From assembly GCA_027450045.1 (NCBI GenBank), contig DAIDKM010000003.1:29187-93186 (forward strand): a stretch of 64,000 nucleotides of DNA. Direction: 5' to 3'. Below, piece by piece: positions 30,903 through 43,101 of this stretch. The notes under the pieces were generated by a model. It was given only the letters and a program-made list of their open reading frames with translations, did not search any database and was not told where the DNA came from. This DNA is from Paludibacter sp. (GTDB taxonomy: Bacteria > Bacteroidota > Bacteroidia > Bacteroidales > Paludibacteraceae). A program made the translations under genes and the position numbers. Numbering within the stretch: the stretch's first letter is position 1; every line of letters starts with the position of its first letter.

Positions 30903-31298
30903 TTATTCGATTTTGAGTTGATAAATGCGGAAATTTCCGCTGTCATTTTTCAAAAACACATTGATTCGGTATGATGCAGATGGAGAAATTAATTTACCTA
31001 TGATAAACATACGATTCCCCCGTTCTCCCTGGTGGAGCACTTCAAACCCTGAGACGTGCTTCTGGTTTATAAATCCGGATAGCACTGTTTTGACTGCATT
31101 TCTATTTTCACTACTATTTCCATCGGGTAAAGTTAATTCAACGTCATCTGTAAAAAGACCCGAAAGCATTTCTACGTTTTGCGTGTTGAATGCGTTCGAT
31201 ATCGTTTTGCTGAGGTTGTCCGAAGTTTGTGCTTGGCATGACGGTGTGAGAAAAATTGAAACACAAACCAACATAAAAAAGCGATTCAGATGTCTCAT
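30903..31298 (-). CDS. Small secreted DUF4783-like (NTF2-like) protein; probable start MRHLN at 31298
   Basis: Signal peptide CQA|Q; FTDDVELTL, FEVLHQG and YRINVFL pattern; the usual nadC neighbour. Confidence 0.6.
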   Translation of the reverse strand: MRHLNRFFMLVCVSIFLTPSCQAQTSDNLSKTISNAFNTQNVEMLSGLFTDDVELTLPDGNSSENRNAVKTVLSGFINQKHVSGFEVLHQGERGNRMFIIGKLISPSASYRINVFLKNDSGNFRIYQLKIE

Positions 31299-31387
31299 TC
31301 TATTGAATTTTATTTTTGCAAAGGTACTCACTTTATAAGGCAAACGCAACGGTTGTCAATGGAATCGGGTTTTGAGAGTTGAGGGTA

Positions 31388-33511
<2,124 letters not shown>

Positions 33512-33529
33512 TTATGAATGGTCAATGCG

Positions 33530-34036
33530 TTAGTTTGTCTTGTAAGTGAATTTTACTTTGCTCAGATCTTCGTTTGCCTTCACGATTTTCTTTTTCAATC
33601 CCTCTTTATAATCCATCAGCCTTGTTTGTAAAGACTCATCGCCATTTGCAAGAATTTGAACTGCTAATAGAGCCGCGTTCATCGAAGCATTGATGCCAAC
33701 CGTTGCCACGGGAATACCCGGAGGCATTTGCACAATGGCAAGAAGTGCATCCATTCCGTCGAGTGAGGCATCGATTGGCACCCCAATGACGGGTAGTGTC
33801 GTCATGGAAGCGATAACGCCCGGCAAATGTGCAGCCATACCTGCGGCAGCTATAATGACTTTGATGCCTCTTGCGTTTGCCTGTGTTGCAAATTGTTCCA
33901 CTTCTTTGGGTGTGCGATGTGCCGATAACGCGTTCATTTCAAATGGAATTTGGAATTCATCCAGCAGCGAAGCTGCTTTTTCCATAATGGGTAAGTCGGA
34001 AGTGCTTCCCATGATGATACTTACAATTGGCTTCAT
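33530..34036 (-). CDS. purE: N5-CAIR mutase
   Basis: IIMGSTSDL, SAHRTP, AAGMAAHLPG and VQMPPGIPVATV. Confidence 0.97.
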   Translation of the reverse strand: MKPIVSIIMGSTSDLPIMEKAASLLDEFQIPFEMNALSAHRTPKEVEQFATQANARGIKVIIAAAGMAAHLPGVIASMTTLPVIGVPIDASLDGMDALLAIVQMPPGIPVATVGINASMNAALLAVQILANGDESLQTRLMDYKEGLKKKIVKANEDLSKVKFTYKTN

Positions 34037-34130
34037 GTTTTTGTTTTAATATATTGTGAATTAATGGAATATTGTTTTGATTAATATGATATTTGGCATC
34101 AACGAATATACGACTTTTTTTATAAAACAC

Positions 34131-34163
34131 AAAAACCCGTGCGGTAAAGCTGCACGGGTTTTT
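34131..34163. terminator. Intrinsic terminator after the kduI-kduD-DUF4861 operon
   Basis: AAAAACCCGTGC-N9-GCACGGGTTTTT perfect inverted repeat with T tracts on both strands. Confidence 0.85.
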
Positions 34164-34182
34164 TGAAAGATTATAAAGACTC

Positions 34183-35307
34183 TTATTGCAAAGTGACTTG
34201 TAAGGGGTTTTGAAGTTTTTGGCTGAACTGTTGTATATAGTCGAACCACGCCTGATCAGATGAAAATCCCCATTTGCTCCAACCTGCGCCAAAATAATAG
34301 GTAAATTGTTGTTGAGGAAGATATGGCTCAATGGCCAATAAATGATCATCTTGTACTTTAACTGATGCAATGGTTTCAGGAACTACAACACCAATGTAAT
34401 CTCTTCCTTCAGGAACCCCGGCATCGGAAGTAGCTGTTTCGGCATAAGCAATGTATCCTGCTTTTTGATCCGATTTCATCACGCCTTTGTTGGCATGAAG
34501 CGTAATGCCAGTTGCTACCTGGAAATTTGGCGGTAACGTTCCTTCGTATGTTACATAGCCTTTATTGAGCTGAGAACCTGCATCTAAAGAAATGGTCAAT
34601 TTCTCTTTCAAAAACGTTTTGCCTACCTGAACGGAGTCATAAGTAAGAACGAAGGTGGTCCGTAACGGCCCGTTCTCAATTACTTTCCATGTAGAATAAT
34701 GATTGCCAACCCATAACGTGGTGTCGGTATAAGGAGCTATACCACCTGCGCCCAGAGTATGAGCTACTTTGTAACAATCTAATCCTTGTCCGTGATCGAT
34801 ATGATACGGTTTCCCGTTAGCATCATCCCGATAAAATTTATTGACAATCAGAGAATCAGTCCGTTTTAGCCAGACATCCACTCCATTGCTTGGATTTTCG
34901 TCAGCCAAGGCTGGCCCATACATCCGATAGGCAATGCGATCATTTTCCCATGCGAAATCGTCTTTCCTCTCTGGAACATACCGTCCAAATGTCATAGGTG
35001 CAAATGTTTCCGGTTTCCCGATACGAATGGTATAATCCGAAGTACCATTTGCTTTTACAGTAGCAAGAAAAATAACGGAAATGCTGTCGGCTTCAATTTG
35101 ATAAGGAATTTGTTTCCCGTTTTGGTCAACGATTACAAATTGTTGTTTATCACTAAGCTGCAATTTTTGTGTAATGTTTTGCAACGGCACTGACACAATT
35201 TCATTAGTTCGGTCGAGATTGATCGGATTCGTAACCACCACTTTTAATGACTTCGTACAGGATGTCAACAAAAGGATGGACACAAAAAGGAAAGCAAGTT
35301 TTTTCAT
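34183..35307 (-). CDS. DUF4861-family lipoprotein
   Basis: Lipobox LTSC; FVPERKDDFAWEN-like motif YVPERKDDFAWENDRIAYRMYG, GVDVWLK, YHIDHGQGLDCY and YYFGAGWSK. Confidence 0.75.
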   Translation of the reverse strand: MKKLAFLFVSILLLTSCTKSLKVVVTNPINLDRTNEIVSVPLQNITQKLQLSDKQQFVIVDQNGKQIPYQIEADSISVIFLATVKANGTSDYTIRIGKPETFAPMTFGRYVPERKDDFAWENDRIAYRMYGPALADENPSNGVDVWLKRTDSLIVNKFYRDDANGKPYHIDHGQGLDCYKVAHTLGAGGIAPYTDTTLWVGNHYSTWKVIENGPLRTTFVLTYDSVQVGKTFLKEKLTISLDAGSQLNKGYVTYEGTLPPNFQVATGITLHANKGVMKSDQKAGYIAYAETATSDAGVPEGRDYIGVVVPETIASVKVQDDHLLAIEPYLPQQQFTYYFGAGWSKWGFSSDQAWFDYIQQFSQKLQNPLQVTLQ

Positions 35308-35331
35308 AATCAATGGATTTAGTATGTTGAT

Positions 35332-36114
35332 TTAATTTGGTTGTTTCCCTATGTATGCCAGAATGCCTCCATCCACGTAAAGCACATGCCCGTTGACAAA
35401 ATCGGAGGCACCGGATGCTAAGAAGATGGCAGGCCCTTGTAAATCTTCCACCGTTCCCCAACGGCCTGCCGGTGTGCGTCCAATGATAAAGTTGTTGAAT
35501 GGATGGCCTTCTTCGCGAAGCGGTGCAGTTTGTGGTGTTTCAATATAGCCGGGGCCAATGCCGTTGACTTGAATGTTGTACATGCCCCACTCGCAAGCGA
35601 GGTTACGTGTCAGCATTTTCAAACCGCCTTTTGCAGCAGCATAAGCCGAAACCGTTTCACGGCCTAATTCACTCATCATGGAGCAAATATTGATGATTTT
35701 GCCTGCCCCCTTTTTAATCATTCCGGGTGCTACTGCCTTTGAAACAATAAATGGGCCATTCAAATCAATATCAATGACCTGACGAAACTCTTTTGCCGTC
35801 ATTTCAATTGCAGGAATGCGTTTGATGATGCCGGCATTATTGACTAAAATATCAATAACTCCGACTTCTTGTTCAATCTTTGCAATGTGCTCATTCACCT
35901 GATCTTCATTGGTAACATCGAATACATAGCCATGTGCTTTAATGCCGCTTGCTTTGTATTCTTCCATGCCTTTGGCAACTAATTCAGCGTTTATGTCATT
36001 AAAAACAATGGTGGCTCCAACGGATGCCATTGCTTTTGCCAATGCCATTCCGATGCCGTAAGAAGCGCCTGTAATAAGGGCTATTTTCCCTTCTAATGAA
36101 AAGTTATTCAGCAT
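35332..36114 (-). CDS. kduD: SDR oxidoreductase, KduD/gluconate 5-dehydrogenase type
   Basis: TGASYGIG, NNAGIIKRIP, YAAAKGGL and GRTPAGRWG; directly downstream of kduI. The symbol is assigned from context. Confidence 0.8.
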   Translation of the reverse strand: MLNNFSLEGKIALITGASYGIGMALAKAMASVGATIVFNDINAELVAKGMEEYKASGIKAHGYVFDVTNEDQVNEHIAKIEQEVGVIDILVNNAGIIKRIPAIEMTAKEFRQVIDIDLNGPFIVSKAVAPGMIKKGAGKIINICSMMSELGRETVSAYAAAKGGLKMLTRNLACEWGMYNIQVNGIGPGYIETPQTAPLREEGHPFNNFIIGRTPAGRWGTVEDLQGPAIFLASGASDFVNGHVLYVDGGILAYIGKQPN

Positions 36115-36156
36115 AATCTATTGTTTTGATATGGAAATTATTTGTTTGAAAGTCAT

Positions 36157-36999
36157 TTATCGCAGATCGGTTGTTTTGAAAAAATCCTGATCGCCGTAAT
36201 CCAGGTTTTCACCACCCATGCCCCAAATAAATGTATAATTTGAAGTGGCTGTACCAGAGTGGATTGACCATGCAGGAGAAATGACTGCATCGTCGTTTTG
36301 TAACCAGATGTGTCTCGTTTCGGTGGGTTCTCCCATGAAATGACATACTGCATTGCCTTCCGGTACTTCAAAATAGAAATAGGCTTCCATGCGGCGGTTG
36401 TGCGTGTGTGCCGGCATTGTGTTCCAAACGCTGCCGGTGCGAAGTTCGGTCATCCCCATTTGCAACTGACAGGTAGGAAGTACTTGGTTGACAATCATTT
36501 TGTTGATTACTCGGTGATTGGCTTCTTCAAGTGACCCCATTTCGACAACCACAGCCTCTTTTTTTGTGATTTTCTTGTCGGGATAAGTCTGGTGTGCCGG
36601 CGCTGAATTAAAATAGAACTTTGCCGGTTGATTTGGATCAATACTCTCAAAAGTTAGTTCTCTGTCACCCATGCCAACATACAGAGCTTCTTTATAGCCG
36701 AGTTCATAGGTAGTATCGGCCATAGTCACACGGCCACTACCGCCCACGTTAAAGATGCCAAGTTCGCGTCGGGAAAGGAAAAAGGGCATTTTAAGCGGAT
36801 CAATGGCCTCTAATGGGAGTTTTTCGTTTACAGGATAGGATCCTCCTACGATCAACCGATCGTGAAGGGTGTATACCATCGTGGTTTGGTTGGGTACAAA
36901 AAGCGGACTGATGAGGTGTTCTTTGCGTAATCGTTTTGTATCGTAGTGTTTTACATCTTCAGGATGTGCGGCATAACGCACTTCGTACGTAGTTTTCAT
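36157..36999 (-). CDS. kduI: 5-dehydro-4-deoxy-D-glucuronate isomerase
   Basis: RRELGIFNVGG, CQLQMGMTEL..GSVWNTMPAHTHNRRMEAYFY, SWSIH-like AWSIHSG and WGMGGEN. Confidence 0.96.
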   Translation of the reverse strand: MKTTYEVRYAAHPEDVKHYDTKRLRKEHLISPLFVPNQTTMVYTLHDRLIVGGSYPVNEKLPLEAIDPLKMPFFLSRRELGIFNVGGSGRVTMADTTYELGYKEALYVGMGDRELTFESIDPNQPAKFYFNSAPAHQTYPDKKITKKEAVVVEMGSLEEANHRVINKMIVNQVLPTCQLQMGMTELRTGSVWNTMPAHTHNRRMEAYFYFEVPEGNAVCHFMGEPTETRHIWLQNDDAVISPAWSIHSGTATSNYTFIWGMGGENLDYGDQDFFKTTDLR

Positions 37000-37022
37000 C
37001 TGTTTCTATTTATTTTATTTTG

Positions 37023-37064
37023 TCAGATGGAACTCTCCCGTCTTGACGGGATTCGTTTCATTGA
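37023..37064 (-). repeat. REP-like palindrome, copy 1 (kduI leader)
   Basis: Minus strand TCAATGAAACGAATCCCG-TCAAGA-CGGGAGAGTTCCATCTGA; matches 55131-55171. Confidence 0.6.
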
Positions 37065-37127
37065 GTCTGTTTTAAGGTGTGATGTTGTTAGTTTTAGATA
37101 ACGCAAATTTAATTGGTTATCCAAACG

Positions 37128-37135
37128 CAAAGATA
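37128..37135 (-). promoter_or_regulatory. -7 promoter box for kduI
   Basis: TATCTTTG on the minus strand. Confidence 0.6.
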
Positions 37136-37292
37136 AGGGCAATATTTTGTAAATGATACAGATTGGAGAGATTCCATGATTTTTTATGATTCCATAGATG
37201 TTTTCGGTCTGAGCGTGGAAGGCAAATAATAATACATTGTTATATTTAACAATATTAAAGGTTGTCCTTGTGTTAAATGTGCACGGAATGAG

Positions 37293-37300
37293 TATATTTG
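37293..37300 (+). promoter_or_regulatory. -7 promoter box for the TetR gene
   Basis: TATATTTG 24 nt upstream of ATG 37325. Confidence 0.65.
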
Positions 37301-37324
37301 TGCAATATTTATAACCCAATTATC

Positions 37325-37954
37325 ATGGCTTCTTTAGCTTCAATCACAGGACAAAAAACACGCGATATGCTGGTAGAAGTGGCACGCATGCTTTTTGCGA
37401 AATGGGGGAAAGATAACACCACCATGAACGACATCGCCAATGCCTCAAGCAAAGGCCGTCGTACGCTCTATTCCTACTTTCAAAGTAAAGACCAAATTTA
37501 TTTGGCGGTTATCGAACAGGAGCTCAATATCTTAAATAATAAACTTCAGGAAGTTGTAGCTCGTGACCTGCCTGCCGATCAGAAATTGACCGAATATATC
37601 TTCACGCGGTTGGATGCCGTGAAAGAGTCCATTACACGAAACGGTACCTTGAAATCAGACTTCTTTCGCGATATTCAGGAAGTGGAACGGGTGCGCCGTC
37701 GTTTTGACGTAAAAGACATTCAGCTGTTGGAACAAATTTTTGAAGAAGGCAAGCAAACCGGATATTTTAATTTGCACAACACTGAATTGTCGGCTCAGAT
37801 TTTCCATTATGCCTTACGCGGTATTGAAGCTCCATATGTCAGCGATAAAATGAGCGAACGTATGAAATATAACAAACGCTTTATTATCAATGCTTTTATG
37901 CGTGGTATTTTGGTTAAAAAAGATCACATGCAGCCGTCTTTGGCATCCATGTAA
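37325..37954 (+). CDS. TetR/AcrR-family transcriptional regulator
   Basis: N-terminal HTH: TRDMLVEVARMLFAKWG...TTMNDIA...GRRTLYSYFQSKD. Confidence 0.9.
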   Translation: MASLASITGQKTRDMLVEVARMLFAKWGKDNTTMNDIANASSKGRRTLYSYFQSKDQIYLAVIEQELNILNNKLQEVVARDLPADQKLTEYIFTRLDAVKESITRNGTLKSDFFRDIQEVERVRRRFDVKDIQLLEQIFEEGKQTGYFNLHNTELSAQIFHYALRGIEAPYVSDKMSERMKYNKRFIINAFMRGILVKKDHMQPSLASM

Positions 37955-37987
37955 TCTTTTTATTTTCCATAAAACAGGATGGCCTTT

Positions 37988-38809
37988 TTATTGCTGACGT
38001 TGTCGAATCACTTCATATAGCAATATGCCGGTGGCTACCGATACGTTGAGCGATCCGATACTTCCAAAAATAGGAATTGAAACGGTTTCGTCACACATTC
38101 TTTCTATTTCCGGCGAAATACCCACATCTTCAGCTCCCATGATGAATGCCGTTGGTTCATTATAGCTTACTTCAATGTATTTTTTTGTCGCCTTCTCGGT
38201 GGTTCCAATGATTTTCAATCCTGAATTTTTCAGATAACGAACTGCGTCCATCAACTGATTTTCGCGACAAACAGGTACAAGATGCAATGCTCCAGCCGAC
38301 GTTTTCACTGCATCTGCATTGGCTGCTGCACTTCCACGTGACGGGACAACGATGGCATCTACGCCTGAACATTCGCAGGTTCGGGCAATGGCGCCAAAAT
38401 TGCGCACATCAGTAATGCCGTCTAAAACGACGATTAGTGGAGTTCGACCTTTTTCGTAAAGTGTTGGAATGATGTCGGCAATTTGTTGGTATTCAATCGC
38501 AGCAACAAAAGCTACAACGCCTTGATGGTTTTTTTGTGTTAAGCGATTGAGTTTCTCAACCGGAACGCGTTGAACCGGAATGTTTTTATCTTGCAATGCG
38601 GCAAAGAGTTCTTTTGCCAAGTCGCTTTGCAATTCATTTCGAATCAATATTTTGTCGATTTCCTTTCCGGCTTCAATGGCTTCGAGAACAGAACGAATGC
38701 CAAAAATCATGTCTGTTTCAGGACTTTTGGGTGGATAGAATCGGGCGCCATCTTTTTTTGCGGGATGTAATATCGGGTTACGTTTTGGTTGATAGGGATT
38801 TCTTTCCAT
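37988..38809 (-). CDS. rlmB: 23S rRNA (Gm2251) methyltransferase, SpoU family
   Basis: NHQGVVA, LDGITDVRNFGAIART, KTSAGA, MGAEDVG and SLNVSVA. Confidence 0.93.
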   Translation of the reverse strand: MERNPYQPKRNPILHPAKKDGARFYPPKSPETDMIFGIRSVLEAIEAGKEIDKILIRNELQSDLAKELFAALQDKNIPVQRVPVEKLNRLTQKNHQGVVAFVAAIEYQQIADIIPTLYEKGRTPLIVVLDGITDVRNFGAIARTCECSGVDAIVVPSRGSAAANADAVKTSAGALHLVPVCRENQLMDAVRYLKNSGLKIIGTTEKATKKYIEVSYNEPTAFIMGAEDVGISPEIERMCDETVSIPIFGSIGSLNVSVATGILLYEVIRQRQQ

Positions 38810-38842
38810 AATGTTGTTTTGTAAATAATTGAATGGGTATGT

Positions 38843-39757
38843 TTATGCGTGAAGATACAATCCGTCAAAGGCTAAGCGAGTGTTTGAGAAAATGGCTTGT
38901 GCTTCTGCCAGAAGATCTTCAATATGATCGTAGCGCGCTGAATAGTGCCCTATTATGAGTTGTTTTACGTGGGCATCACGGGCAATCTCTGCTGCTTGTT
39001 GCGCGGATGAGTGACCTGTGGCTTTTGCCCGAACAATGTCTGTATGCAAAAAAGTAGCTTCATGATACAAAAGGTCAACGCCTTCAATCCAGGGGATAAT
39101 GCGTTTACTGAAAGCTGTGTCAGAGCAGTAGGCATATCTTTTCGGAGGTGTTGCGGGTCGTGTTAATCGTTCATTTGGAATTACAGTCCCATCTTCGGTA
39201 ATAAAGTCAGCTCCTTGTTGAATAAACGGGATTTCTTTTAGTGGGATATGGTAAAAATCAATCATTTCGCGAATGATGTGACGTGGTTTCTCTTTTTCTT
39301 CAAAAAGAAATCCGCAGGAAGGAACGCGGTGTTTTAGCGGAATCGAAAAGACGCGTAACGAACGATCTTCATAAATTAATACGTGTTTTCTTGGGTCAAT
39401 CGATTCAAAAATAACTTTATAACTCATCTCTGCGCAGTAATAATCGATTTGAGGCTGGAGCATTTTTTCTAAATCGGGATGTGCGTGAATCACTAAATCG
39501 GCAGTGCGGCCTACCATACCGAGTGATGAAATGAGTCCGATCAATCCAAAAACGTGGTCGCCATGCAAATGAGAAATGAAAATATGGTTCAATCGTGTAG
39601 GCTTTATCTTGAACTGCCTCATGCGAATTTGAGTTCCTTCCCCGCAATCGATCATAAACATTTTCTCACGGAAATGGACTATTTGTGCGGTTTGAAATCG
39701 CTCAATCACCGGCAATGCGGAATTACAACCCAAAATTGTCACGTTCATCGATTCCAT
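38843..39757 (-). CDS. rnz: Ribonuclease Z
   Basis: ILGCNSALP, IDCGEGTQ, SHLHGDH, YAYCSDT, LLYHEATF, GHSSA and IGHYSARY. Confidence 0.95.
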   Translation of the reverse strand: MESMNVTILGCNSALPVIERFQTAQIVHFREKMFMIDCGEGTQIRMRQFKIKPTRLNHIFISHLHGDHVFGLIGLISSLGMVGRTADLVIHAHPDLEKMLQPQIDYYCAEMSYKVIFESIDPRKHVLIYEDRSLRVFSIPLKHRVPSCGFLFEEKEKPRHIIREMIDFYHIPLKEIPFIQQGADFITEDGTVIPNERLTRPATPPKRYAYCSDTAFSKRIIPWIEGVDLLYHEATFLHTDIVRAKATGHSSAQQAAEIARDAHVKQLIIGHYSARYDHIEDLLAEAQAIFSNTRLAFDGLYLHA

Positions 39758-39839
39758 GCGGCAAAATAAAAACGAAAACCTCTCGGCTTTCAGGATTGAG
39801 TTGTTGAATAGGGTTCTCCTGAGAAACTATCAAATGGAG

Positions 39840-41015
39840 TTACTTCTTTTTCTCGTATTGAAAAACTCCTTTATCGCTTCGAATGGTTAAATGAGCATGA
39901 TCGGAAGCCTTGACTCTACCGATGATTTGCGCATCCACATTGTATTTTTCGGAGATGATGATGATTTCTTCTGCCCATTCGGGCGATACAAAGATTTCCA
40001 TCCGATGACCCATGTTAAAAACCTGAAACATTTCTTTCCAATCGGTTTTCGATTCTGCTTGTATCATCTCGAACAGAGGTGGAACCGGAAATAAATGATC
40101 TTTAATGACATGTAAATTCTCAATAAAATGAAGCACTTTTGTTTGTCCGCCTCCCGAGCAATGCACCATGCCGTGAATGTGAGAACGATATTTTTTGAGA
40201 ATGTCCCGAATAATAGGAGCATAGGTACGGGTAGGGGAGAGCACTAATTTTCCTGCATCAATACCCAGATCGGCAATGGTGTCAGTCAATTTTTTACTGC
40301 CGGAATAAGCTAATCCCGTTGGTAAGTTGTTGTCATAGCTTTCGGGATATTTTTCAGCTAAATAGTAAGCAAATAAATCATGTCGTGCAGAGGTTAATCC
40401 GTTGCTACCCATGCCGCTGTTGTAGCCGTCTTCGTAGGATGCTTTTCCACTTGATGAGAGTCCCACGATCACATCGCCGTCTTTAATAAGGTGATTGGAA
40501 ACCACCTCATCACGACGCATGCGTGCCACTACGGTACTGTCGACGATAATGGTGCGTACCAGATCGCCCACATCGGCTGTCTCACCACCGGTTAGATAAG
40601 CATTTATACCTTGTTTTCTAAGTGATTCCAATAATGATTCAGTACCGTTGATAATTTCACCGATTACTTCGCCCGGAATGAGTTGTTTGTTCCGTCCAAT
40701 AGTTGATGATACTAAAATATTGTCAGTGGCGCCAACGCACAGCAAATCGTCGATATTCATGATCAACGCGTCTTGTGCAATGCCTTTCCAAACAGAAACG
40801 TCGCCGGTTTCACGCCAATAGAGGTAAGCTAATGATGATTTGGTGCCGGCACCGTCCGCGTGCATGATGTTGCAGTAGTTGGGGTCGCCTCCGAGAATGT
40901 CGGGAATGATTTTACAAAATGCTTTTGGGAAAATCCCTTTGTCCAAATTACGGATCGCGTTGTGTACTTCTTCTTTGGTTGCCGAAGCGCCGCGCAGATT
41001 GTATTTGTCGCTCAT
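39840..41015 (-). CDS. purM: AIR synthase, Bacteroidota type (probable start MSDKY at 41015)
   Basis: MHADGAGTK, MNIDDLLCVGA, GGETADVGD, HCSGGGQTK and FNMGHRME. Confidence 0.92.
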   Translation of the reverse strand: MSDKYNLRGASATKEEVHNAIRNLDKGIFPKAFCKIIPDILGGDPNYCNIMHADGAGTKSSLAYLYWRETGDVSVWKGIAQDALIMNIDDLLCVGATDNILVSSTIGRNKQLIPGEVIGEIINGTESLLESLRKQGINAYLTGGETADVGDLVRTIIVDSTVVARMRRDEVVSNHLIKDGDVIVGLSSSGKASYEDGYNSGMGSNGLTSARHDLFAYYLAEKYPESYDNNLPTGLAYSGSKKLTDTIADLGIDAGKLVLSPTRTYAPIIRDILKKYRSHIHGMVHCSGGGQTKVLHFIENLHVIKDHLFPVPPLFEMIQAESKTDWKEMFQVFNMGHRMEIFVSPEWAEEIIIISEKYNVDAQIIGRVKASDHAHLTIRSDKGVFQYEKKK

Positions 41016-41231
41016 TGAAGTGATATTTAAAATGTGCTCATCAATTTGTCTCCAAAGGTACTTCTTTTTTGGCAAATTAAATAAACTACCCTTTCCTTTT
41101 TTTTGTAAATCGGGAATGAGTCGTGCAGCTATATTATTGATTCAAAGTGACTTTATAATTCCTTGTTGGCGTCAATGCAAAGCTACGCTCTCTGACTATA
41201 ATCTTGCTTATATTGATATAAAAATAGCGTC

Positions 41232-41852
41232 TTACAGCTTTTGTGCCGAAAGGAAGAAAATCGGAAATTCCTTCACGATGCCATTGTCTAATTGCCGTTT
41301 TACTGTAAAGCACGGTTCGTGTTGACATTTTACAAAACCTGCCCGTTGCACGTCACGGCAGAGAAGTTCTATGTCAATCCCATTGTGAAAAGCAGGGATT
41401 CCTCCTGCATGAAAAGAACCGTCTTCGGGATATAAATCGGCAATGACGACATATCCATTCGGGCGCAACATGTCATTGAAGCGTTTCAAAACTAATGGTA
41501 TATCGGCTACATGATGCATCGCCATTTGAGTGAATATCAGATCAACCTGTTGCTCTTCGTAAGGTGATTTTTCTAAATCGCACAAGAGCGTTTCAAAGTT
41601 CTGCACACCGGTTTGTGCAATCTTCTCCGTGATCACCTGAAGCATTTCCGGAGAACTGTCCATGAGAATGATCTTTTTCAGGTCATCTTTCAACAGAAAA
41701 CTGAGGATGCCGGTACCTGCCCCAAATTCAAGTCCGATCATGTCGGGTTGCAGAGTGATGCGTTGTTTTAGTAGATTAGAAATGACTTGAGAACGTTCCC
41801 AATGCACGGGGCGATCGTCCCATGTGGATGCCGCTTGATTAAATGAATTCAT
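41232..41852 (-). CDS. Class I SAM-dependent methyltransferase
   Basis: LEFGAGTGIL motif I, DSSPEML, MAMHHVAD and LRPNG. Confidence 0.88.
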   Translation of the reverse strand: MNSFNQAASTWDDRPVHWERSQVISNLLKQRITLQPDMIGLEFGAGTGILSFLLKDDLKKIILMDSSPEMLQVITEKIAQTGVQNFETLLCDLEKSPYEEQQVDLIFTQMAMHHVADIPLVLKRFNDMLRPNGYVVIADLYPEDGSFHAGGIPAFHNGIDIELLCRDVQRAGFVKCQHEPCFTVKRQLDNGIVKEFPIFFLSAQKL

Positions 41853-42100
41853 ATATGATTTGCTTGATGTATTATTAACAAAGATAGGGTGGAAAGCCTC
41901 TGAATCGAAGCCTGGTAATCTTATTTAATCTCCTTTTTATAATCGTAGTGTGTTCGATGGCTTCAAGTCCTTATATGATCAAGTGATAAAAAAAGAGGGA
42001 ATTTCCATACTCAATCGGATTTTTAAGCAGTATCTTCGCATCATAGCGCTGTGAAGTATGATTCATGATAACTTATTGTCACCCATTAAAACTTACAATT

Positions 42101-42898
42101 ATGTTTGAAGAAGATGACGATGATTTAGAACGGTCGGAATTTGAAATCTGGTACGATGACAATCGCAATTATTTCTTACGTGACGCTACAGATATTGTTG
42201 AGCCATCGGTAGAAATTGAAGCTTTTTATATCGGTGTGTATTGCCCTGTCATGCAAGACTTAGCCCCAGCAATTCGCCAGTTGTTGGTAAAGCAATATCC
42301 CATTATCGCAACTGAATTCCGTCCTGCAGTATTGCAAGCTATAGAACGAAGAATTGAGATCACAGGACATGCATTTTTGCTCTATCTTTTCGATTTGGTA
42401 CAAGATCAGAAAGAAGGCGTCAACCTGCCTGAGAAGTATCCTGATTTTGAAAAATGGAGAGTCGCTTATCTGACCTTGCATAAGCCATACAAATTCGACG
42501 AATCGTTCTTTGATCAATTTTCGTGGCTGACTGATGCGCAAAAAAAGGAGTTCATGGAGGAATCTCGAAAGGAAGAAGAAGAAAAATTCAACTGGAAAGA
42601 TAAACGGAAATACGACTTTATTGACATGCTTCAGCGCATTGTCCTCAGGTATTACAAAGAAATCATGGATTTTGAAGCTGATCAGTGGGTTGTTTACTCT
42701 TCGTTAATAACCAACGAATATGTTGATTACAGGATTCGCTTTGAGCATTATGTAACCTTTATTGAATACGAGTTTCCTGAAGAAGATTTGTATATTAGTT
42801 ACAGCGAATTTAGCAAGAAATTTCATCAACGTTTTAACGAACGATGGGGAAAAGAGCAGCAGTTACGAGAAAACAATGCGGAGGGATTGAAAGATTGA
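42101..42898 (+). CDS. Acidic hypothetical protein (probable start MFEED at 42101)
   Basis: Long ORF with protein-like composition; no family recognised. Confidence 0.7.
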   Translation: MFEEDDDDLERSEFEIWYDDNRNYFLRDATDIVEPSVEIEAFYIGVYCPVMQDLAPAIRQLLVKQYPIIATEFRPAVLQAIERRIEITGHAFLLYLFDLVQDQKEGVNLPEKYPDFEKWRVAYLTLHKPYKFDESFFDQFSWLTDAQKKEFMEESRKEEEEKFNWKDKRKYDFIDMLQRIVLRYYKEIMDFEADQWVVYSSLITNEYVDYRIRFEHYVTFIEYEFPEEDLYISYSEFSKKFHQRFNERWGKEQQLRENNAEGLKD

Positions 42899-42974
42899 TT
42901 CAATAGACCATTTAGATATTTTGTCATTTGCTTTTTTTTGACCTCCATAAAGAACCAAACGGGCTTTTTATTCG

Positions 42975-42982
42975 TATATTTG
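42975..42982 (+). promoter_or_regulatory. -7 promoter box for sod-ftn
   Basis: TATATTTG. Confidence 0.55.
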
Positions 42983-43101
42983 TAAAAGATAATTCAGTTA
43001 AAGCAGGTTTTTATGATGAAGAACAAATATCCATAGAATGCTTTGATACAATTTATTAGAATAAACAATCAGTAAGAACAAATCATTAATTATTTTCTGT
43101 T

